Assembly (NCBI GenBank): GCA_049521375.1
Contig: JBEKOW010000001.1
Coordinates: 2,850-66,849, forward strand
Source of the DNA: Terriglobales bacterium
GTDB taxonomy: Bacteria; Acidobacteriota; Terriglobia; Terriglobales; Acidobacteriaceae
Direction: 5' to 3'
DNA length: 64,000 nt
The notes under the pieces are model-generated. The model was not told the origin of the DNA, did not search any database, and was given only the letters and a program-made list of their open reading frames with translations. The position numbers and the translations under genes were made by a program. Below, piece by piece: positions 1 to 7,905 of this stretch (the stretch's first letter is position 1; each line of letters begins with the position of its first letter).

Positions 1-1
1 C

Positions 2-763
2 GTCCGCAACCTGGAACGCACACTCGGCACCATCTGCCGCAAGCAGGCGCGCCGGATTGCGGAAGGAAAGAACGAGAAGCTCCTCGTCACCCCAGAAATC
101 GTGGTGGAATTTCTGGGCGGCATCAAGATTCGGAGCGAAGGCGAAATCGCCGAGCGTACCAAGCGCCCCGGCGTGGTGGTTGGCCTGGCCTGGACCCCGT
201 CCGGGGGCGACGTGCTTTTCGTCGAAGCCAATCAGATGAAGGGCAAGGGCGGACTCACCATCACAGGACAGATTCAGGACGTGATGCGCGAGTCCATGCA
301 GGCCGGCTTGAGCTGGGTGCGTTCGAACGCGGCGCAATTGGGTGTGGACGAGGAATTCTTCGCGAATCATGACATCCACATTCACGTTCCCGCGGGCGCG
401 ATTCCGAAAGATGGCCCTTCGGCCGGCGTCACGATCGTGACCGCGCTGGTTTCTCTGCTTACGGGCAAGCAGGTACGTCCGCTGCTGGCCATGACCGGAG
501 AGATCACACTCAGCGGCAATGTGCTTCCCGTGGGCGGCATCAAGGAAAAGGTGCTGGCGGCAAAACGCGCCGGAGTACACGACGTGATTCTCCCGGCGGA
601 CAACAAAACGAACGTGGAGGAAGACCTTACCCCTGAGCAACTGCAGGGCTTGACAACTCACTACGTGAAGACTGTCGATGAGGTTCTCGAGTTCGCCCTG
701 CCTTCTTCGCCGCGCGAAGAACGTCAGGATGCCGAGGAACGCGAAAAGGTATTAAGCAACTAA
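2..763 (+). CDS. lon: Lon protease, C-terminal proteolytic domain (5'-truncated by the window edge)
   Basis: The open frame enters from position 2 with no start codon. The translation carries Lon protease-domain blocks: '[30 protein letters not shown]' (catalytic Ser in PSAG) and '[14 protein letters not shown]' (catalytic Lys). A hairpin terminator follows. Confidence 0.9.
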   Translation, partial: VRNLERTLGTICRKQARRIAEGKNEKLLVTPEIVVEFLGGIKIRSEGEIAERTKRPGVVVGLAWTPSGGDVLFVEANQMKGKGGLTITGQIQDVMRESMQAGLSWVRSNAAQLGVDEEFFANHDIHIHVPAGAIPKDGPSAGVTIVTALVSLLTGKQVRPLLAMTGEITLSGNVLPVGGIKEKVLAAKRAGVHDVILPADNKTNVEEDLTPEQLQGLTTHYVKTVDEVLEFALPSSPREERQDAEEREKVLSN

Positions 764-817
764 ATTGGGACCATTACAAGAAGTGACGACGAGCACTTTC
801 GCACTTTGGAAGAACAC

Positions 818-850
818 GGCCGGATGGTTAACCCCGTCCGGCCTTTTTGT
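818..850 (+). terminator. Rho-independent terminator after lon
   Basis: Stem GGCCGGA (818-824) pairs with TCCGGCC (837-843) and is followed by TTTTT. Confidence 0.6.
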
Positions 851-971
851 TTCCAAAGAGATTTGTCTCATCCAAGGGTAGAAGCGCCGGGCTGCGCATC
901 GTCAGGAGGCGGCGCTGCGAGGATAAAGCCGGAATGTTGCCGACTCCCGCAATTCAGGCGGATCCGTAGCG

Positions 972-1412
972 CTAGGGAGTGCGTTTGAGAGCAAGATCCA
1001 GACTCTTTCCTCCTTGGGTCCACGTCCCGCTGATCTGCGAATTTTCGTCGCTCATCGTCCCGTCAAAAACGACCAGGCTGGGAGTGCTCTCGAAATGCAG
1101 GACCGGCTTCTTGTATGTGATCGCGGTCATCATGACGCCGGAACTCTCATCGTCGGGATAGTCAATCGTGCCGCTCAGGGTCCCATCCTGCGCTGCCGCG
1201 ATGTGGACCACGATTCGCTTCTTGGGCTGCGCCCCAGGATTCAGAGTGCCTTCCCAATCACCGGTAACAGACTGCGCGGCTGCCCTTACGGGAAAGGATG
1301 CAAACTGTAATCCAATGAGCACAAGCAACCCCGAAATTGCGAAAGTCGATTTGCGGAATGCCGTCACGGTCTTCTCCTGACGAAAACAGGTTCTCGGAAC
1401 AGTTTCTACCAT
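972..1412 (-). CDS. Hypothetical secreted protein
   Basis: The ORF has a hydrophobic signal-like segment 'FAISGLLVLIGLQFASFPVRAAAQ'. The start was set at the internal ATG (1410-1412) just before it, and the longer 1484 start is possible. No family was recognised. Confidence 0.45.
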   Translation of the reverse strand: MVETVPRTCFRQEKTVTAFRKSTFAISGLLVLIGLQFASFPVRAAAQSVTGDWEGTLNPGAQPKKRIVVHIAAAQDGTLSGTIDYPDDESSGVMMTAITYKKPVLHFESTPSLVVFDGTMSDENSQISGTWTQGGKSLDLALKRTP

Positions 1413-1596
1413 CTGAAATGGCGCAAGTTTAAATGGCTTTGCTCGCGGGCGGCTATCGGGCGCATTCGGTAGGAAACCAAACAAATTCCCGGTCCCCGCC
1501 CAATCTTTGACAAATCCTTTCGAGCGTCTCCCCGATTAGCCTCTCAAATCGAGGTTTGCAACTCGAAATCTCCGCATTGCTCCTGATAGGCTCCGC

Positions 1597-3273
1597 ATGC
1601 CAGAACGTATGCAAACCACTTTATTCCATTCACCCTCGTTGTGTCCGGACCCACTCCACACCGCGGGTAGAAGAATCCGCGAAAAGAGGCGACAATGGTT
1701 TCCGTCTGGGAGAAAAACCGTGGCGGCAGCCAGTCCAGTTTCAACGCTCACTCCAAAGCCGGCCAAAGCCAAGCCAAAGCTCGGCCTGCGCGCCTGGATG
1801 GAACGCGTCCTGGACGAGTGCGATCGCGCAGCCGCCGGCTTCGAGGCTGATCCGGTCCACGATCTGCGTGTTGCCCTGCGCCGCTGCCGGTCCCTGGCCG
1901 ACGGATTCATGGTCCTCGACCCCGATTCTTCCTGGAAAGACATGAAGAAAGCAGGGAGGAAGCTCTTCCGCGCGCTGGGCGAACTGCGCGATATGCAAGT
2001 CATGCAGGAGTGGATCGAAAAATTGGGCGATCCCGCGGACTCGGTGCTCGTCAAACTGCTCGAACACGTCCGCGCTCGCGAATCCGAATGCAAAGAGCTG
2101 GCCTGGAAAGATCTCGACGAGTTTGACCGTAAGCGCTGGCGGCAGTGGAGCCGCACGCTTCCGGGCCGAGCATCGCGCGTGCGCCCAGGCAGCGTCGTGT
2201 ATCTTCACCTGGCGCTCGAGAAATGGACAGACGCTTATGAACTGCACAAACGCGCCCTGCGCTCCCGCTCTCAGGTCGCGCTGCACGAGTTGCGTATCAG
2301 CATCAAGCGTTTCCGCTATACCGTGGAGAATTTCCTTCCCGAGGAACATACGCACTGGGGTAAGGATTTGAAAGAGCTTCAGGATCTGCTGGGCGAGATT
2401 CACGACTTGGATGTGCTGTGGGCGACCGCACTGCAGATCCATGCCTTTCCCGACTTTGCCAGCCGCAACGGCTGGCGCGGGAAACTTAGCCAGGAACGCA
2501 GTCGCCGCCTCGAACGCTACCGGGAGATGATGGTCGGCAAAGCTTCGCGCTGGCAGGTCTGGCGGCACGAATTGCCCTCGGGACCGCAACTGCGCGCCGC
2601 CGCCATGAGCCGCTTGCGGGTTTGGGCGGGATTTCTCGATCCCGATTTTCCGCACGCCCAGCGCGTTACTCAACTCGCCCTCCACCTTTACGATGGACTA
2701 GCGCGAGCCGGAGTCGTTCAACCATCCCATCCCGATTCCCGTGACGTGCTTCAGGCGGCCGCTTTCATGCACGATGTCGGCCGCGCGAAAGGGCACGAAG
2801 ATCATCAGAAAAACTCTCTTCGCATGATTCGCAATCTGCCGAGGCCTCTGGGTTGGAGTGCGCGCGAACTGGAACTCGCCGCGGTGGTGGCGCGCTACCA
2901 TCGCGGGGCACTGCCTCGCCAGCGCGGCCGGACCATGCAGCGCCTCGATCTTCCCGATCGCCGGATCGCGCTCGAACTGGCGGGCGTGCTACGCCTTGCC
3001 AATGCGCTTGATATCCGCAAGGATGCGCGCAATGGGGACCCGCAAACCGTAACGATACGCAATGGGCGAAAGGTAAAAGCCGTTGCGCCCAAACTCCAGG
3101 TTACTTTGCAGGACCGCGTTTTGCTGGTGCAGTTCGCGGGCTACTCACCGTTCGACCGTTCCGCCGAAGACGTAGCGGGCGCCCGCCATCTCCTGGAGTT
3201 GGTTCTCCGGCGTCCCGTGATGGTCAAACCGCTCCGCCTGCCCGGCGCTCCGAACCGCGTTGCCGCCCGCTAG
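1597..3273 (+). CDS. CHAD domain protein fused to a C-terminal HD-type phosphohydrolase domain
   Basis: The N-terminal two thirds look CHAD-like ('VHDLRVALRRCRSL', 'LHELRISIKRFRYTVE', 'LGEIHDLDVL'). The C-terminal part has an HD signature ('AAFMHDVGRAKGHEDHQKNS', 'VARYHRG') resembling the C-terminal domain of Ppx/GppA enzymes. The start codon is uncertain. Confidence 0.7.
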   Translation: MPERMQTTLFHSPSLCPDPLHTAGRRIREKRRQWFPSGRKTVAAASPVSTLTPKPAKAKPKLGLRAWMERVLDECDRAAAGFEADPVHDLRVALRRCRSLADGFMVLDPDSSWKDMKKAGRKLFRALGELRDMQVMQEWIEKLGDPADSVLVKLLEHVRARESECKELAWKDLDEFDRKRWRQWSRTLPGRASRVRPGSVVYLHLALEKWTDAYELHKRALRSRSQVALHELRISIKRFRYTVENFLPEEHTHWGKDLKELQDLLGEIHDLDVLWATALQIHAFPDFASRNGWRGKLSQERSRRLERYREMMVGKASRWQVWRHELPSGPQLRAAAMSRLRVWAGFLDPDFPHAQRVTQLALHLYDGLARAGVVQPSHPDSRDVLQAAAFMHDVGRAKGHEDHQKNSLRMIRNLPRPLGWSARELELAAVVARYHRGALPRQRGRTMQRLDLPDRRIALELAGVLRLANALDIRKDARNGDPQTVTIRNGRKVKAVAPKLQVTLQDRVLLVQFAGYSPFDRSAEDVAGARHLLELVLRRPVMVKPLRLPGAPNRVAAR

Positions 3274-3276
3274 CCG

Positions 3277-3546
3277 TCAATAGTCGTCGTCTTCTTCCGG
3301 ATCGGAGAATCCAAGGCGGTTCTTTTTCAGAAACCGGAGATGAGCAAGCGCCTCGGCAAGTTTCTTCTCTTCTCCTTCTTCGTCCATCAGATAGATCACG
3401 GCATCGCGCCGGAGCAGGATCGCAGTCTGGGCCGCCTCGATGCGGTTGAACAGTTCGTGGTTTTCGGGTTCGTGCAAAACCAGTTCGTACAGGCGCTGCC
3501 ACTCCTGGCGGGGTTGAAACGACGATTTATAACGAGCTGGTTCCAT
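3277..3546 (-). CDS. Hypothetical small acidic protein (89 aa)
   Basis: ORF taken from the internal ATG (3544-3546). Its composition is coherent and it has an acidic tail 'SDPEEDDDY'. No family was recognised. Confidence 0.35.
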   Translation of the reverse strand: MEPARYKSSFQPRQEWQRLYELVLHEPENHELFNRIEAAQTAILLRRDAVIYLMDEEGEEKKLAEALAHLRFLKKNRLGFSDPEEDDDY

Positions 3547-3953
3547 GGGTCCGCTTCGCCGAACGAAGGTCATCCGTTCACAAGAAACCGACACCCGGCG
3601 AGGCGCGGCGGCGTGTTGTGGAGAGATCACAACATCATACGCTTGTATGTACGTCAAATAACATAACAATGATCGGTGCGGTCTTTCGCGCGAGTATGAG
3701 AAGCCCACTTTTTCGGCATACCCGGTTGCATCAGGCGCGTAGGCGTGAACGCGACTTTGAATGCAGGCTTCATTGAAAAGGGACGGTATGCAAAGTATTG
3801 CCACCCCGCGGCTGCAAAGCCTTTCAGGCTGTACCGTCGCTCGAATCCCGTCTATACTTCTGGCCTCGCGTGGGGCGAGAAAAAGAGGTCGAGCTATTCC
3901 GGCTCGCGCCCAGACCCAGTTAGAATCCGGCTCGATTTGAAAAGGAGACTCTT

Positions 3954-5615
3954 ATGCGGAACCGCTCCGCCTGCCCGCAACTTCCGGCCATTGTCGCTAC
4001 GACCAGCATTGTCAGAACGAGTTTGCGATCGAGGGGGCCCCTCCTGATTTTCTCCCTGGCTATTCTGCTCGTGATGCAAATGACGGCGGCGGCCCAAACC
4101 TGGCAGACGCTGGTGAATCCGCCGCCCGTACCCGAAATCATCGATCCGCAGTACGACTACGATCTCGGCCCTGGTGGCGCGTCCAACCCCATCCTGCTCA
4201 CCGACGGCAGCGTGATCATCCAGAATGCGAACCCGTACGCCGCCGACGGAGAAATCTTCAAGCTGACCCCCGACATCAACGGAAGTTATCTGAATGGCAC
4301 CTGGACGCAACTGGCGACCATGCCTTATGTCGAGGCCGCTCCCTCGCAAGCCGTGCTGCCCAACGGAGAAGTTCTCATTGAGGGCGGCGAATTCAGCGGC
4401 TATGAGGAATTTTTCACGCTTACCAATCAGGGTGCGATTTACGACCCCTTCACCGACGTCTGGACGTCCGTGCCGCCTCCGCCTTTCTTCGTCGACTTGT
4501 ACCCGCCCCGCGCCGCCTTTGCGCCCAATCCGATCGGAGACGCACCCAACGTGGTCCTGCCGGATGGAACATTCATGATCGGAGACAAAATGAGCCGTCA
4601 GGCAGCGACCCTGGATCTGGCGACTTTCACCTGGACCGAAACCGGCACGAATACCAAGTCGGACTTGAATGACGAGGAAGGATGGACACTGCTTCCCAGC
4701 GGCGCTGTGCTGACCGTCGATTGCTATACCGATTACGCCTTCGGCCTGATTCCAAGCTATCCGGCAAATCCCACCAACTCCGAAATCTACGATCCGGCGA
4801 CCAATAGTTGGTCGAGCGCGGGCAGCACGATCAACACGCTCACCGACCCCTATCTGTTCGAGATGGGCCCGGCAGTCCTGCGGCCTGATGGCACAGTCTT
4901 TGCGGTCGGCAGCGAGGGTTTCACATCGATCTACACGCCGCTCACGAAGAAATGGTCGGTCGGCCCTAAACTGCCCATCAGCCCGCAAGGCTACCAGTAC
5001 ACCGCGCAGGATGCACCCGGGGCCCTTCTGGTGGATGGCAACGTACTCTTCGCCGCCAGCGGAGGCTACGACCAGCCGGGGTACTACTCAAGTCCGCCAG
5101 TTGCCTTTTTCGAATTCAATGGTAAAAAGCTGGTTTCCGTGCCCACGATCCCCAATGCGGCGAATGACCTATCCGGATCGATCAGCTTATTGCCGCTCCC
5201 GAATGGGCAGGTCTTGGCGACCGACAACACAACTGATGTGGAAATCTATACTCCGTCCACCAGCAAGCACAGCGCCTCCTGGGCGCCCCTTGTTACGCAG
5301 GCTCCTACGTCGGTTCGGCCAGGGGGATCGTACACCTTGTCCGGAATTCGTTTGAACGGCATGTCGCAAGCTTCGATGTTTGGAGATGAAGAGCAAAACG
5401 CGACAAACTATCCGCTGGTTCGCATTACCAATCTGAAAACGAAGCATGTTTTTTATAGCCGAACGCACGACCATAGCTCGATGGCGGTTGCGTCAAACGC
5501 GGTTTCCTCCACCCACTTTGATGTGCCGTACAGCCAGGAACCCGGCCGCAGCCAACTGGAGGTCGTGGCCAATGGCATTGCCTCAACGCCGGTCATTGTC
5601 AATGTGGAACCTTAG
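3954..5615 (+). CDS. Secreted beta-propeller protein, kelch / galactose-oxidase-like with a C-terminal Ig-like domain
   Basis: AAGGAG lies upstream of the ATG and there is an N-terminal signal/TM segment. Repeated '..DG.V...GG..' blades occur ('LLTDGSVIIQN', 'VLPNGEVLIEGG', 'VLPDGTFMIGD', 'LRPDGTVFAVGS', 'LVDGNVLFAASGG', 'PLPNGQVLATD'). The tail resembles the C-terminal domain of galactose or glyoxal oxidases. Confidence 0.55.
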   Translation: MRNRSACPQLPAIVATTSIVRTSLRSRGPLLIFSLAILLVMQMTAAAQTWQTLVNPPPVPEIIDPQYDYDLGPGGASNPILLTDGSVIIQNANPYAADGEIFKLTPDINGSYLNGTWTQLATMPYVEAAPSQAVLPNGEVLIEGGEFSGYEEFFTLTNQGAIYDPFTDVWTSVPPPPFFVDLYPPRAAFAPNPIGDAPNVVLPDGTFMIGDKMSRQAATLDLATFTWTETGTNTKSDLNDEEGWTLLPSGAVLTVDCYTDYAFGLIPSYPANPTNSEIYDPATNSWSSAGSTINTLTDPYLFEMGPAVLRPDGTVFAVGSEGFTSIYTPLTKKWSVGPKLPISPQGYQYTAQDAPGALLVDGNVLFAASGGYDQPGYYSSPPVAFFEFNGKKLVSVPTIPNAANDLSGSISLLPLPNGQVLATDNTTDVEIYTPSTSKHSASWAPLVTQAPTSVRPGGSYTLSGIRLNGMSQASMFGDEEQNATNYPLVRITNLKTKHVFYSRTHDHSSMAVASNAVSSTHFDVPYSQEPGRSQLEVVANGIASTPVIVNVEP

Positions 5616-5809
5616 TGCCGATTTGACCGTCACCAATCGGCACCTGCCCTGTGCGTCGGCTGCTGGCCAGAACGACCGCGTCGCGATTGCGCGACTTTGC
5701 TAAGAGCTTGGAGCAGAGATCTGAGAGCTGAAGCCGCCGACAAACAATTTCCGGAAGAGTAGCAAGGCAGGCACTTTGCAAACAGGCTTTCTCCATCCAA
5801 GCTAGTTCT

Positions 5810-6361
5810 GTGACTCACGCAAATCTTGTTTCCCTGGCAGTAGCCTGGTTGCGGCGTTATCGGTGCGGCCTCGTGCTCTCTGAACAGGCTTGTGTCAGCG
5901 GCGAGATGCCGGACGCGATCGGTTGGAAGAAGGCCTGCCACTCCGTGCTGGTGGAGTGCAAGGTGACGCGCTCCGATTTCCTCGCCGACCGCGCCAAGCC
6001 ATTTCGGCAGCAACCGGAGACCGGGGTCGGCTCGGAGCGCTATTATCTGGCACCGCGCGGAATGGTTCGGTGCGACGAGGTTCCCGACGGATGGGGACTG
6101 CTGGAGGTCCACGGCCGCGAGATTGAAACGATCAAGCGGTCGGCGAAGAAGCTGCGCTCGGACGTGGGCTTTCAGTATGAGATGAACCTACTTCTGGCCA
6201 GCCTGCATCGCGTGGAAGTTCGCATTGAACCGCAGAGCATTACGGACTTCCTCAAATGGAAGAACAGGATGGCGGAATATAATCGCGGTTCGTTGCCGGA
6301 AGGATTGATTTCGGCGGAGCGGGAAGAGAATCCCTTTCTTCAGGCTCTGACTGGGGACTAA
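5810..6361 (+). CDS. PD-(D/E)XK nuclease-fold protein, MmcB-like
   Basis: A classic motif is seen directly: 'GEMPDAIGW...SVLVECKVTRSDFLAD' (PD ... ExK), followed by 'ERYYLAP', as I recall for MmcB-family DNA-repair proteins. GTG start. Confidence 0.45.
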   Translation: MTHANLVSLAVAWLRRYRCGLVLSEQACVSGEMPDAIGWKKACHSVLVECKVTRSDFLADRAKPFRQQPETGVGSERYYLAPRGMVRCDEVPDGWGLLEVHGREIETIKRSAKKLRSDVGFQYEMNLLLASLHRVEVRIEPQSITDFLKWKNRMAEYNRGSLPEGLISAEREENPFLQALTGD

Positions 6362-6369
6362 CCTTTGCC

Positions 6370-6400
6370 AAAAAAAAAGAAACCGGGCTGTTTAGCCCGG
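6370..6400 (-). terminator. Rho-independent terminator reading on the minus strand
   Basis: The hairpin CCGGGCTgtttAGCCCGG (6383-6400) is followed, on the minus strand only, by TTTCTTTTTTTTT (complement of 6370-6382). On the plus strand no T-run follows it. Confidence 0.6.
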
Positions 6401-6763
6401 CTTCGGAGGGCGTCCGTTGTGACGCGGTTACTATCACAACGCAACGCAGCTGGCCCTGGGTGTTGGCAGTCGCTTTACGCGTCCGCGCGTGCATCCCGCG
6501 CCAGCAAACGTCAAAGGAGCGACATGGACGGTGATTAGTAAGCAACTGACGGGCCAGCGCCTCAATTTATGTAATAGTTTTAAAGTATTACTTATATGAT
6601 TGATTATTAATGGCTTGCGTTGATGTTAATGCTCACGGCCCGGCGGGTTAGTCCCTCATTCGCAAGGAGGAGACTTCAAAAGATTGCACACCGATTGCAG
6701 CTGAGTTCGATTGTGTCTTGTTAAACCGACAACATGGATCGCGGGGTCGCAGCCCTCCGCTGC

Positions 6764-7363
6764 CTAAACCTCGCGACGGCCTTCCATGGCCTTGAGCATG
6801 GTGACTTCGTCGGTGTATTCGATATCGCTGCCCACGGGGACACCCATTGCGATCCGCGTGATGCGCATGCCCTGCCGCTTCAGTTGCTGGGCGAGGTAGG
6901 TGGCAGTGGCTTCTCCTTCGACGGTGGGATTCGTCGCGAGAATGACCTCTTCGACATCGCCCCTGGTGACGCGGCTGATCAGGTTGCCGATGCGGAGCTG
7001 CTCGGGGCCAATGCCATGCAGGGGTGAAAGCGACCCGTGCAGCACGTGGTAGACACCATTGAAATGCCGCGTCTTTTCGACCGCCGCGATGTTGGTCGGC
7101 TCCTCAACCACGCAGACCAGTTTCTGGTTGCGGGTTGGACTGGAGCAGTACACGCAGGGATCGACGTCGGTGATGTTATTGCAGAGCGAGCACAGGCGCA
7201 GGCTGGCCTTGACGTCGCGCACAGCCGCCGCCAGCGCTTCCGCGTCGTCTTCGCTCGAGCGCAGGATATGAAACGCCAGACGCTGCGCGCTCTTGCTGCC
7301 GACACCCGGCAGCTTCTTGAGTTGATCGATGAGCCGGGTCATCGGCTCGGCAAACTTGGACAT
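6764..7363 (-). CDS. recR: Recombination protein RecR
   Basis: The full-length translation carries the HhH block '[15 protein letters not shown]', the zinc finger '[16 protein letters not shown]' and the Toprim block '[14 protein letters not shown]...[14 protein letters not shown]'. Confidence 0.95.
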   Translation of the reverse strand: MSKFAEPMTRLIDQLKKLPGVGSKSAQRLAFHILRSSEDDAEALAAAVRDVKASLRLCSLCNNITDVDPCVYCSSPTRNQKLVCVVEEPTNIAAVEKTRHFNGVYHVLHGSLSPLHGIGPEQLRIGNLISRVTRGDVEEVILATNPTVEGEATATYLAQQLKRQGMRITRIAMGVPVGSDIEYTDEVTMLKAMEGRREV

Positions 7364-7370
7364 GTTGGGA

Positions 7371-7480
7371 TCTGTAATTGGTGATTTGTAATTGGGAATT
7401 GAAAATCCCGCGGGGGCCGAACTTCCGCGGGGGCGAAGTTCAAGGATCGGCTTTTCAATTGCAAATTACAAATTACAAAT
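7371..7480. repeat. Palindromic intergenic element with TTTGTAATT-type arms (copy A, recR-ybaB spacer)
   Basis: The left arm ATTTGTAATTGGGAATTGAAAA and the right arm TTTTCAATTGCAAATTACAAAT are near-perfect inverted repeats. They flank a GC-rich core containing CCGCGGGGG twice. Confidence 0.75.
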
Positions 7481-7783
7481 TTAGAGAAATCCTCCCAGGC
7501 CGCCGAGCATTCCTCCCAGGCTCGATTTCATGGTGTCATCGACTTTGCGCGCGGCCTCGTTGATCGCGGCCATGACCAGGTCCTGGAGCATTTCGACGTC
7601 GCCCGCCTTCACGGCCTCGGGATCGATAATGACGCCCAGCACGTGTTTTCGGCCATCCATCTTGACCGTGACCGTGCCGCCGCCGGACGAAGCCTCGACC
7701 ACGGTCTGCTCCATCTTCTTCTGCAGCATCTCAGCCTGTTGCTTGGCCTGCTGCATCATCTCTTGCAGATTGAATCCAGACAT
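7481..7783 (-). CDS. ybaB: Nucleoid-associated protein YbaB/EbfC
   Basis: 100 aa from the ATG at 7781-7783. 'MMQQAKQQAEMLQKKMEQ...GGGTVTVKMDGRKHVLGVIIDPE...DVEMLQDLVMAAINEA' is typical of the family, and the gene sits between dnaX and recR as in most bacteria. Confidence 0.9.
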   Translation of the reverse strand: MSGFNLQEMMQQAKQQAEMLQKKMEQTVVEASSGGGTVTVKMDGRKHVLGVIIDPEAVKAGDVEMLQDLVMAAINEAARKVDDTMKSSLGGMLGGLGGFL

Positions 7784-7787
7784 AGGG

Positions 7788-7905
7788 GAATTGGTAATTT
7801 GTAGTTTGTAATTTGGTAATTTCAAACCCGGCCGCTGGCGACCCATTGTGCCGCGTGCGAAATGGGTTTCAAATTACAAAATTACCCGATTACCAAATTA
7901 CAAAA
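7788..7905. repeat. Palindromic intergenic element with TTTGTAATT-type arms (copy B, ybaB-dnaX spacer)
   Basis: GGTAATTTGTAGTTTGTAATTTGGTAATTTCAAACCC and GGGTTTCAAATTACAAAATTACCCGATTACCAAATTACAAAAT form an inverted pair around a GC-rich core. Confidence 0.75.

Noticed and set aside
3894-4988. 364-aa minus-strand ORF opposite the kelch-like gene, plus the alternative-frame ORFs inside aceA (for example 16460..17641)
   Set aside because: They overlap well-supported genes and have an Arg/Gly-rich artefactual composition.
7371-7905. CRISPR array
   Set aside because: The repeats are palindromic pairs around a core, not regularly spaced direct repeats with unique spacers. No cas genes are present in the window.
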